The notes under the pieces were generated by a model. The model saw nothing but the letters and a program-made list of their open reading frames with translations, had not been told where the DNA came from and searched no databases. The translations under genes and the position numbers were made by a program. Shown one piece after another: positions 7,966-16,514 of a stretch of DNA of 21,191 bases. Location of the stretch: NCBI GenBank assembly GCA_965218695.1, contig CBDCLR010000001.1, positions 1 to 21,191 of the forward strand, given 5' to 3'. This DNA comes from Nitrosopumilus sp. Its GTDB lineage: Archaea > Thermoproteota > Nitrososphaeria > Nitrososphaerales > Nitrosopumilaceae. Position 1 is the stretch's first letter. Each line of letters starts with the position of its first letter.

Positions 7966-10900
7966 GTGAACACATGTTACGTGGTTTTACCGTCTTTATT
8001 GAAAAGAGCTAGCTATCTCTGCATTCTTACAGTATTGATTTTTGTCCTTGTCGCCGTACCCATGCCTTCTGAGTCTCAAGTGGATGCGGATCCTTTTGTC
8101 ACCACTTGGCGGACAACGACGCCCGGCGAGTCGATAACCATACCTGTAGGTGGCGCCAGAGGCGCGTACACAGTCGACTGGGGCGACGGAACCATATCTG
8201 CTGATGTCTCAGGGGATCAGACCCATGCGTATGCCGAACCCGGAGATCATCAGGTCAGCATATCAGGCGACTTTACCCGCATCCTTCTAAACGGCATGCC
8301 AAACGCGGAAAAACTGCTTTCCATAGATCAATGGGGTGCGATACAGTGGGCGTCAATGAGCTCGTCATTTAGCGGTGCGTCAAATATGGTATATAGTGCA
8401 ACCGATACACCAGATCTCTCTGCTGTGCGCCACATGAGCTATATGTTCCACGATGCCTCCTCCTTTGACGGCGACATCTCCGGCTGGGACACCTCGTCGG
8501 TGACTGACATGAGCGGCATGTTTACCTTCGCCTCCTTTGACGGCGACATCTCCGGCTGGGACACCTCGTCTGTAAGCAACATGCGCTGGATGTTCCACGG
8601 TGCCGATTCATTCAACGGCGACATCTCCGGCTGGGACACCTCGTCTGTGACTGACATGTGGATGATGTTTGCCGAAGCGTCCTCCTTTGACGGCGACCTC
8701 TCCGGCTGGGACACCTCGTCGGTGACCACCATGTATAGGATGTTCCACGGTGCCTCATCATTCAACGGCGACATCTCCGGCTGGGACACCTCGTCTGCGA
8801 ATGACATGTATTGGATGTTCATGGGTGCCTCATCATTCAACGGCGACCTCTCCGGCTGGGACACCTCGTTGCTGACTGACATGAGCTGGATGTTCGGTGA
8901 TGCCACTTCCTTTGACGGCGACCTCTCCGGCTGGGACACCTCGTCTGTGACTGACATGTCGCTGATGTTTGAAAACGCCACATCATTCAACGGCGACCTC
9001 TCCGGCTGGGACACCTCGTCTGTGACTGACATGTCTCGGATATTCCAAGGCGCCACATCATTCAACGGCGACCTCTCCGGCTGGGACACCTCGTCTGTGA
9101 CTGACATGACCAACATGTTCTACAGCGCCGCTTCCTTTGACGGCGACATCTCCGGCTGGGACACCTCGTCTGTGACTGACATGGGCAGCATGTTTTTAGG
9201 TGCCACATCATTCAACGGCGACCTCTCCGGCTGGGACACCCCGTCTGTGACTGACATGACCAACATGTTCTACAGCGCCGCTTCCTTTGACGGCGACATC
9301 TCCGGCTGGGACACCTCGTCTGTGACTGACATGAGCCAGATGTTTCGATTTACCGCCTCCTTCAACGCCGACATCGCCGGCTGGGACGTATCGTCTGCAA
9401 CCAACATGGAACGTATGCTCTCTAGCGCCCTCGAGTTCGACCAGAACTTGGGGAAATGGTACATAGTGCTTAAGGATCCTGCAACTGACCCTTCCACTGG
9501 AATAATCGGAAACATTGCCGCGCAGAATTCGTACCTTGACGGGCAGGATCCCACATACGGCATAGGCTCCGGCGAGGGCTCCGAGTTCTTCGAGATGGAC
9601 GGATCCACCCTAAAGCTAAGCGGATCCCCGACTGACCCGATCCACACAGTCACCATAACCGCTACTGGCGATATCTTTGGCACCGACAACTCCCGCACAC
9701 TTGACATATTCGTGGACGGCACGCCCGTGCCCCCGGTTCCAGCCGACGGCGATCCGTTCGTCACCACTTGGCGCACCACATCCCCCGGCGAGTCGATAAC
9801 CGTCCCGGTCGGCGGCGCCACGGACACGTACACGGTGGACTGGGGAGATGGGACCATATCCGAGGATGTTTCTGGGGATCAGACCCACGCGTATTCCGCT
9901 GCCGGAGATCACACGGTCAGCATATCCGGCGACTTTACAAGGATTTATCTAAACGGCAAGCAGCCCAACGCGGACAGGCTGCAGTCGATAGACAAGTGGG
10001 GCGACGCACGGTGGATCTCAATGAACTCGGCGTTCAGGGGCGCGACAAGCATGGCGTACGCTGCAGGCGACGCACCCGATCTCTCTGCCGTGACAGACAT
10101 GAGCAGGATGTTTGATGGCGTCTCATCATTCAACGGCGACGTCTCCGGGTGGGACACCTCGTCGGTGACTAACATGCTGGGGATATTTGAAGACACGTCC
10201 GACTTTAGCGGCGACGTCTCCGGGTGGGACACCTCGTCGGTCACCGACATGTCACAGATGTTTGATGGCGCCTCCGGGTTTAGCGGCAACGTCTCCGGGT
10301 GGGACACCTCGTCGGTCACAGACATGTCGGGGATGTTTGCCAGTGCCAACTCGTTCAACGGCGACGTCTCCGGGTGGGACACCTCGTCGGTCACCGATAT
10401 GCATGACATGTTTGCAGGTGTATCCTCCTTCAACGCGGACATATCCGGGTGGGACACCTCGTCGGTCACAGACATGCACGGCATGTTCCAAGATGCAGAC
10501 TCTTTTGACGGCGACATCTCGGATTGGGACGTCTCGTCGGTCACTGACATGGAGTACATGTTTGCGGGTGCATCCTCCTTCAACGCGGACATATCCGGGT
10601 GGGACGTCTCGTCGGTCACCGACATGGAGTACATGTTTGCGGGTGCATCCTCCTTCAACGCGGACATATCCGGGTGGGACGTCTCGTCTGTCACCGGCAT
10701 GCGTGAGATGTTTGCGGTTGCATCCTCCTTCAACGCGGACATATCCGTGTGGGATGTCTCGTCGGTCACCGACATGGAGTATATGTTCAACGGAGCCGAC
10801 GAGTTCGACCAGAACCTGGGAAAATGGTACATAGTGCTTGAGGATCCCGCAGCCGATCCCGCCGCCTCCGGAACAATCGGAAGCATCGTCGCGCAGAATT

Positions 10901-12867
10901 CGTACCTTGACGGGCAGGATCCCACGTACGGCATAGGCTCCGGCGTGGGCTCCGAGTTCTTCGAGATGGACGGATCCACCCTAAAGCTAAGCGGATCCCC
11001 GACTGATCCGATCCAAACCGTCAACATAACCGCCGCCGGAAGAATCTTCGGCACCGACAACTTCCGCATGCTTGACATATCCGTGGACGGCACGCCCGTG
11101 CCCCCGGTTCCCGCCGACGGCGATCCATTCGTCACCACTTGGCTCACCACGTCACCCGGCGAGTCGATAACCATCCCCTTCAGGGGAGCTTCAGGCATAT
11201 ACTCGATAGACTGGGGCGACGGACGCGTGTCTGCCAACATCACAGGAGACCAGACACACGCGTATGATGGCGCTGGAACGCATACGGTCAGCATATCCGG
11301 CGACTTTACGAGAATTTACCTTGCAGGCCGGGAGTCCAACGCGCAAAAACTGCAGTCGATAGAACAGTGGGGCAGCATCCAGTGGAAGTCCATGAACTCA
11401 GCGTTCAGGGGCGCCTCAAACATGGCATATAACGCGACTGACGCCCCCGATCTCTCGCGCGTCACTGACATGGAGCGCATGTTTGCAGGAGCGTCCTCCC
11501 TTGACGGCGACCTCTCGAATTGGGACGTCTCCGGCGTGAGGGACATGTCGTACCTGTTCCTGGACGCGACCTCGTTTGACTCTGACCTGTCCGACTGGGA
11601 CGTCTCGCGCGTCACCGACATGGAGCGCATGTTTGCAGGAGCGTCCTCCCTTGACGGCGACCTCTCGAATTGGGACGTCTCCGGCGTGAGGGACATGTCG
11701 TACCTGTTCCTGGACGCGACCTCGTTTGACTCTGACCTGTCCGACTGGGACGTCTCGCGCGTCACCGACATGGACGGAATGTTCTGGAACGCGACCTCGT
11801 TTGACTCTGACCTGTCCGACTGGGATGTCTCAAGCGTGACGGACATGTATGGCATGTTCGCAAGCGCCTCCTCCTTTGACTCTGACCTGTCCGACTGGGA
11901 CGTCTCGCGCGTCACCGACATGCACGCCATGTTCAACCGCGCCTCCTCCTTTGACTCTGACCTGTCCGACTGGGACGTCTCGCGCGTCACCGACATGTAC
12001 GCCATGTTCGCACTCGCCAGCTCGTTTGACGGCGACGTCTCAGACTGGGACGTCTCAAGCGTGACGGACATGGCAGACATGTTCAGGTCGACACAATTCT
12101 TCAACAGCGACATCTCCGGATGGAACATCTCGGATACGACACGCATAACTACTATGCTCTACCGCGCCGAAGCGTTTGACCAAAACCTGGGCCCGTGGTA
12201 CATAGTACTGGACGACGATGCCATCCAAGGCAGCGACGTGCCTGGCACAGTCGGGAGCATCTCCACGCGAAACCCGCACTTGGACAGCCAGAACCCCGAG
12301 TATGGCATAGGCCCTGGAGGGGACTCGGACTACTTTGAGATAAGCGGCAACGTCCTCAGCATGTTATCGGTACCGGACGGGGATGCTGGACCGTACACGG
12401 TGGACATAACATCTACGGGAGACTATGGCACGGACAACTCCCGCACCTATGAGATAACCGTGATTTCATCCGACATCGTCTCTCTTAATTCTACAGTTGA
12501 ACCGGAGCCTCGCACTGCCGCAGACGCGCAAGCTGAACCGGAGCCTCGCACTGCCGCAGACGCGCAAGCTGAACCGGAGCCTCGCACTGCCGCAGACGCG
12601 CAAGCTGAACCGGAGCCTCGCACTGCCGCAGACGCGCAAGCTGAACCGGAGCCTCGCACTGCCGCAGACGCGCAAGCTGAACCGGAGCCTCGCACTGCCG
12701 CAGACGCGCAAGCTGAACCGGAGCCGATGCCGGATCCAAACCAGCCGTCGATTTGCGAGATGGGAACCGAACTGGTAAACGGCACGTGCGAGCTAATCCA
12801 ACAAGATCAGGATATATTCGGCATGATTAAGGGATGGTTTGAGTCCTTGTTCGGCGTGTTCGTCTAG
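7966..12867 (+). CDS. Large DUF285/BspA-type 25-residue repeat surface protein with three PKD-like + repeat + cadherin-like modules
   Basis: 1633 aa. N-terminal hydrophobic segment, three modules starting DPFVTTW..DWGDG, repeats SFxGDxSxWDxSSVTDMxxMF, a Pro/Ala stalk, CEMGTELVNGTC and an amphipathic C-terminal tail. Start codon uncertain. Confidence 0.9.
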   Translation: MNTCYVVLPSLLKRASYLCILTVLIFVLVAVPMPSESQVDADPFVTTWRTTTPGESITIPVGGARGAYTVDWGDGTISADVSGDQTHAYAEPGDHQVSISGDFTRILLNGMPNAEKLLSIDQWGAIQWASMSSSFSGASNMVYSATDTPDLSAVRHMSYMFHDASSFDGDISGWDTSSVTDMSGMFTFASFDGDISGWDTSSVSNMRWMFHGADSFNGDISGWDTSSVTDMWMMFAEASSFDGDLSGWDTSSVTTMYRMFHGASSFNGDISGWDTSSANDMYWMFMGASSFNGDLSGWDTSLLTDMSWMFGDATSFDGDLSGWDTSSVTDMSLMFENATSFNGDLSGWDTSSVTDMSRIFQGATSFNGDLSGWDTSSVTDMTNMFYSAASFDGDISGWDTSSVTDMGSMFLGATSFNGDLSGWDTPSVTDMTNMFYSAASFDGDISGWDTSSVTDMSQMFRFTASFNADIAGWDVSSATNMERMLSSALEFDQNLGKWYIVLKDPATDPSTGIIGNIAAQNSYLDGQDPTYGIGSGEGSEFFEMDGSTLKLSGSPTDPIHTVTITATGDIFGTDNSRTLDIFVDGTPVPPVPADGDPFVTTWRTTSPGESITVPVGGATDTYTVDWGDGTISEDVSGDQTHAYSAAGDHTVSISGDFTRIYLNGKQPNADRLQSIDKWGDARWISMNSAFRGATSMAYAAGDAPDLSAVTDMSRMFDGVSSFNGDVSGWDTSSVTNMLGIFEDTSDFSGDVSGWDTSSVTDMSQMFDGASGFSGNVSGWDTSSVTDMSGMFASANSFNGDVSGWDTSSVTDMHDMFAGVSSFNADISGWDTSSVTDMHGMFQDADSFDGDISDWDVSSVTDMEYMFAGASSFNADISGWDVSSVTDMEYMFAGASSFNADISGWDVSSVTGMREMFAVASSFNADISVWDVSSVTDMEYMFNGADEFDQNLGKWYIVLEDPAADPAASGTIGSIVAQNSYLDGQDPTYGIGSGVGSEFFEMDGSTLKLSGSPTDPIQTVNITAAGRIFGTDNFRMLDISVDGTPVPPVPADGDPFVTTWLTTSPGESITIPFRGASGIYSIDWGDGRVSANITGDQTHAYDGAGTHTVSISGDFTRIYLAGRESNAQKLQSIEQWGSIQWKSMNSAFRGASNMAYNATDAPDLSRVTDMERMFAGASSLDGDLSNWDVSGVRDMSYLFLDATSFDSDLSDWDVSRVTDMERMFAGASSLDGDLSNWDVSGVRDMSYLFLDATSFDSDLSDWDVSRVTDMDGMFWNATSFDSDLSDWDVSSVTDMYGMFASASSFDSDLSDWDVSRVTDMHAMFNRASSFDSDLSDWDVSRVTDMYAMFALASSFDGDVSDWDVSSVTDMADMFRSTQFFNSDISGWNISDTTRITTMLYRAEAFDQNLGPWYIVLDDDAIQGSDVPGTVGSISTRNPHLDSQNPEYGIGPGGDSDYFEISGNVLSMLSVPDGDAGPYTVDITSTGDYGTDNSRTYEITVISSDIVSLNSTVEPEPRTAADAQAEPEPRTAADAQAEPEPRTAADAQAEPEPRTAADAQAEPEPRTAADAQAEPEPRTAADAQAEPEPMPDPNQPSICEMGTELVNGTCELIQQDQDIFGMIKGWFESLFGVFV
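8434..9459 (+). repeat. Coding 75-bp repeat array 1 (13 units plus cap)
   Basis: Constant block GGCGAC(A/C)TCTCCGGCTGGGACACCTCGTC(T/G)GTGACTGACATG alternating with about 30 variable nt. One unit is 72 bp. Confidence 0.9.
10099..10827 (+). repeat. Coding 75-bp repeat array 2 (9 units plus cap)
   Basis: Constant block TCCGGGTGGGAC(ACC/GTC)TCGTCGGTCACNGACATG. Confidence 0.9.
11470..12198 (+). repeat. Coding 75-bp repeat array 3 (9 units plus cap)
   Basis: Constant block TCTGACCTGTCCGACTGGGACGTCTCGCGCGTCACCGACATG. The first two units are duplicated as a 150-bp block. Confidence 0.9.
12499..12725 (+). repeat. Perfect 36-bp tandem repeat x6.3 encoding EPEPRTAADAQA
   Basis: GAACCGGAGCCTCGCACTGCCGCAGACGCGCAAGCT in six identical copies plus 11 nt. 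Confidence 0.97.
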
Positions 12868-12933
12868 TCACGCCATAACTGTGTGATTTTCCAGAGTCAT
12901 ATTTGAATGGTCCAAGGCATGTAATGGGCTAGC

Positions 12934-13091
12934 TATACTGACGCGAAAAAGTTTTTGAGCAGACACCATACAGCCGAAAAGTTTGCAGATCAGATCTCAT
13001 TTCATGAAGGCATGGACGACACTAAACTGGAAGAACTCGAAAAGGCGTGCAAAAAAGACCATAAGGTTCGGGCTAGATTGGTTGCCGTCCG
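12934..13091 (+). pseudogene. IS630-family left end and transposase N-terminal fragment
   Basis: TATACTGACGCGAAAAAG resembles the MITE left TIR at 1299. MDDTKLEELEKACKKDHKVRARLVAVR breaks off where the convergent ATPase ORF ends. Confidence 0.6.
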
Positions 13092-14474
13092 TCATGACGC
13101 GCCCGGCATGGTATCGTCCAACGCCAAACGGAGCAATCCGGCAAACCCGTCCGCGTCGTACCCGGCATGTCCAGCAATGGAGCGCCCCATCACCTCAAAG
13201 TCGGCCATCCTGGTGGACGGCCGGACTCCCGGGGAGTCCCCGAAGGCGCGGTGCAGGGTATCGAACATCTCGTGGTACAGGTGCGGCCTCATGGAGTAGA
13301 ATTCGGCTGCCATATTCTCCATGGTCTTCCATCCTTCCACCGGCGGCAGCTCGTACCGGACAATCTTGCCTGCCAGCGAATGCAGCTGCGCGGGCTTGCC
13401 TTCCGGCACTGCCATTATGAGTCTGACGTTGCCGAATGACGCCGGATGTTTCTGCCCGTCTGGAATTATCGCCAGCCCCTCCAGCGCCCCTGACAGAGTG
13501 TCGGCCGCCTCCCTGCTCATCTGCCGCACGTTGTCAAATGATGCGACCGGCGATCCTGCCAGGATCTTGCGCAGGCAGTCTGCGGACTTTGGCAACACGG
13601 CGGAGGCGTGCTCTAACCCGACCGGATCCACCAACTCCCTTGCCAAGCGGGCGGCCGCCGTCTTGCCGGAGCCGGGCGGGCCGGAGAACAGCATCGCCGG
13701 GGTTTGGTGGTGCATGCAGAGCATGTGGCAGATGTGCGCGCAGAAGAGGGGGCGCTGCCACTCCTGCACGCGCAGCAGGGTACAAAACGCCTCCAGCCAC
13801 CCCTCGCCTCCCCGCTCGGGCTCGGGCATTACATTCCCGTGCCGCTCGATTACCACCTTCATATCCGGGGAGTACGGCACGGCCGGTCCGTGCTTTTCGG
13901 CGGATATCCCGTACAGGCGGCGGGGACGCCCGCCCAGATCCACCCACATGGTATGGCCGTCAAAGCCGGCGCGCTTCCAGACGCGATCCACGCGCAGCCC
14001 GTCGAACTTGGCCCGCAGCCGGTGCGCGGCCAGCGCTGTTCCCATGTAATAGTCGGATATTGCCACGCCGTACTTTCTAAAGTACTCGGCCTGGATCAGC
14101 TCTGCCACCATGCCATCGTCGTGCCGGAACAGATCCCACGAGCCGCCGCTCTTCACCCAGAAGAACGCCCCGCCTGGGCCGCTCTCCGTGCACGCGTGCC
14201 CGGCGATCATCCCGTCGGTTATGGCCACAATGTGCCCCCTCTCGTCGTCGCTGTCGGACTCGGCGTTCTTGACTGCCTCCAGCGCGCCGAGCCTCTTGAG
14301 ATCCTCGTCATTGGGCTTGCCGGGGCCGGCGATCCTCTCCATTACCTGCCGCATCTCCTTTTCCACCCTCTCGTGGCCCGGCACCAGCGTGTGCCGGGAC
14401 GAGTACCTGCACTCGGACCAGTCAAGCGTGTTCTTTTTGCGGAACTCCCTGCACTTCGTGCACCAGAGGATCAT
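13092..14474 (-). CDS. P-loop ATPase of plasmid/integrative-element primase-associated helicase type
   Basis: 460 aa with Walker A GPPGSGKT, LVDP, Walker B-like SFDNV and RMADF. N-terminal CxxC..C..H motif, no primase domain. The family call is from motif recall. Confidence 0.7.
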   Translation of the reverse strand: MILWCTKCREFRKKNTLDWSECRYSSRHTLVPGHERVEKEMRQVMERIAGPGKPNDEDLKRLGALEAVKNAESDSDDERGHIVAITDGMIAGHACTESGPGGAFFWVKSGGSWDLFRHDDGMVAELIQAEYFRKYGVAISDYYMGTALAAHRLRAKFDGLRVDRVWKRAGFDGHTMWVDLGGRPRRLYGISAEKHGPAVPYSPDMKVVIERHGNVMPEPERGGEGWLEAFCTLLRVQEWQRPLFCAHICHMLCMHHQTPAMLFSGPPGSGKTAAARLARELVDPVGLEHASAVLPKSADCLRKILAGSPVASFDNVRQMSREAADTLSGALEGLAIIPDGQKHPASFGNVRLIMAVPEGKPAQLHSLAGKIVRYELPPVEGWKTMENMAAEFYSMRPHLYHEMFDTLHRAFGDSPGVRPSTRMADFEVMGRSIAGHAGYDADGFAGLLRLALDDTMPGAS

Positions 14475-14784
14475 GGCGTCGCCCCCGCGATCTTTCCGCC
14501 GGCATCCACCTGGAATGGCCCCCGACGTTCTGCCTAGCGCGGATGCGTGCAGTCTGCGTCATTCCCGCGCAATGCGTCCTGACTGCCACGTCGGCAAGGG
14601 CCTGCGCCTCCTCGCACGCCTCCAGCGCCTCGAATTGCCTACCGAGCTTGTGGAGTGCTATCCCGACCAGCGCACGCGGCTCCAGGCCGCAATTCTTGTG
14701 CTTGGCGATCCTCCTGAAGATCCGGAGAGCCTTTTCGTGCTCTCCCCTCCGGTACGGTTCGATGCCCGCGTTGATGCCCGACAC
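14422..14784 (-). pseudogene. TPR-like ORF, 5' end apparently cut off by the inverted repeat
   Basis: AGIEPYRRGEHEKALRIF and LVGIALHKLGRQFEALEACEEA fit a TPR pattern. The only start (TTG 14796) lies inside the repeat. Confidence 0.5.
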
Positions 14785-15184
14785 TACACTGTTCAATCTT
14801 CGGGGTTTTTCACCATTTTCACGGGGGCGTTCAATTAGGGCGCCGGGGTGTTAAGTTAGGGAGCTGGCCAGATCATGCCCGCACGCCGTTCAATCTTTAG
14901 GGGGTTTCACTTTCAGGCAACCGTTCAATTAGGGCGCTGGAGTGTTAAGTTAGGGCGCTGGCGGACCACTGTAAAGCGTCGGCATATGGCAGACGGCGCG
15001 GCATTTGGGCCGGAACCGGCTCGCATGGAGGCGGCACGACTGCCGAGTCGCGGCAGTCGGCTCCATGTGCGGTTGTCGCCCCGCTGAAGGGACGGCCACG
15101 CAGAACCGTGCCGGGACAGGTTACCGTCGGTTCTCGAACCAGCTACAGGTAGGCGGTATAGCGCCCGCTATCGTTAAAATTTCG
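14783..15184. repeat. Long inverted repeat, left copy, with internal duplication 14791-14867 / 14888-14961
   Basis: Aligns with the reverse complement of 16515-16818 from ACTACACTGTTCAATCTTCGGGGTTTTTC to CGTTAAAATTTCG, roughly 80% identical by manual alignment. Confidence 0.92.
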
Positions 15185-15486
15185 CATTAGGTCTTACCAC
15201 CCCCGGCTGGCGCATGCGCCGACGGAGGCAAGCCCGTCATCACACTCAGGCGCCTCATGTCTCGCTTTATCCTGATCATAGCGATGTCAGTACTTTCCTC
15301 GCGGTATTCTCACTATCTGGAATTTGTCGGGTGGTACAGTTCCGACTACTGTAATTAGCCATAGGGAATAGCGCTGTCAACACCATGCACTGAATTGATT
15401 CCGTCACATGGTCTCTTTATTCTGTCTAGTTTATTTATCTGCACGATTCCAGATGAATTAAACTCATCTTTTGTTCCCAGGTCGGA

Positions 15487-16077
15487 TCAAAAGTAGTCCC
15501 ACTGCACTAATTTTTCATAGGTTGTTGGCTTTAGACATAATGGCTTTGTGCCATCCTTGATGTACAAATCACGTCCCTCGTTGCAAGCTATTGAAGTAAT
15601 GAATACGCCATCGCGCAGCTGCTTGTATGGGCTATCGAATGGAGGCTCTACAAATACGCTTCGATAACAATCTTCTGCTACCGGTAAGCTTACAATATTG
15701 GGATTGCTGTCAGTATGATATGTATAAAGCATTTTGATCGTAATGGAGTTTTGAGTTGAAATGTCATAATGGACAAAACATTCATCCTCGGTTGTGATCG
15801 AATGTAACTCCTTATTGTCCCCTATCAATATCATGTTATGGGTTGGCATATCTTGTGTCGTTAATAATGGAAATGATTTGGGAATGCTTACAAAAAATGT
15901 CGTGTCTACATTTGATCTCATTGTAAAAAATAGGCCTTCTTCTGGAACATAAGTATAGTTTTCAATAACATTTTGTGTTGTGTGGATTTGAAAGATTTTA
16001 TCAGTAGTATCCGGTGTGGATTCTCCGATCCCCGGAATTAAAATAATAGATAAAAAAATAAAAAGATGTTCGATCAT
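15487..16077 (-). CDS. Secreted hypothetical protein with thaumarchaeal-type C-terminal Cys motif
   Basis: Signal-like N-terminus and C-terminal SPYKQLRDGV...IACNEGRDLYIK...PLCLKPTTYEKL. Low GC. Confidence 0.8.
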   Translation of the reverse strand: MIEHLFIFLSIILIPGIGESTPDTTDKIFQIHTTQNVIENYTYVPEEGLFFTMRSNVDTTFFVSIPKSFPLLTTQDMPTHNMILIGDNKELHSITTEDECFVHYDISTQNSITIKMLYTYHTDSNPNIVSLPVAEDCYRSVFVEPPFDSPYKQLRDGVFITSIACNEGRDLYIKDGTKPLCLKPTTYEKLVQWDYF

Positions 16078-16451
16078 TGTAGATTCAACTGATTGGCCAC
16101 AAAGTCTTGCGGGTGATAGATTCCATACTGCCCACCATTAGCTTGTGATATCAGCATGCCATACAGATATACATTATTAGAACGCGTGCTTGGAAGCCCG
16201 TGGATCTGGCCTGCGTCGCTCCCAAGCACGATCTCGGAAAGCAGCTTCTTTGGAACCGGTATCAGATCAAGTTTTTCCGCATATCTGTCCCAGTCCAACC
16301 ATCTTCTGAGCACGTTATTGAGCATGGTGTTTGGTGAGACGTTGAGCCTGGCGGCATCTGATTTGAGCTCTGCCACAACGTGGTCAGGAATGCGAAATGA
16401 GACGGTCTTTGTACCATCCTTCTGCTCAAAGTGGGGCTTTGACTTCAACAT
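16074..16451 (-). CDS. Ribbon-helix-helix (CopG-like) domain protein, probably C-terminally truncated
   Basis: KTVSFRIPDHVVAELKSDAARLNVSPNTMLNNVLRRWLDW fits the RHH pattern. GC drops abruptly near 16190 and the tail looks unrelated. ATGA overlap with the next gene. Confidence 0.7.
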   Translation of the reverse strand: MLKSKPHFEQKDGTKTVSFRIPDHVVAELKSDAARLNVSPNTMLNNVLRRWLDWDRYAEKLDLIPVPKKLLSEIVLGSDAGQIHGLPSTRSNNVYLYGMLISQANGGQYGIYHPQDFVANQLNLQ

Positions 16452-16514
16452 ACTTCATATCTTGATATGCTGTATGTATTAACATTCTCTCAAGGAGTGG
16501 ATGATGGGACTTTA

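Noticed and set aside
8434-12198. CRISPR-like arrays (constant about 45 nt plus variable about 30 nt)
   Set aside because: The period is a multiple of 3 within one open frame, the variable parts are mutually homologous (xxMFxxA), and there are no cas genes or leader.
12499-12725. 36-bp repeat of CRISPR-like length
   Set aside because: No spacers. It is a coding tandem repeat.
8439-12785. Long antisense and alternate-frame ORFs over the surface protein, and similar ones over 4044-5462 and 13167-14854
   Set aside because: Shadow ORFs caused by repeats and high GC, with no recognisable motifs.
7966-12867. Diversity-generating retroelement target
   Set aside because: No reverse transcriptase or non-coding template repeat in the window, and the variation is not adenine-specific.
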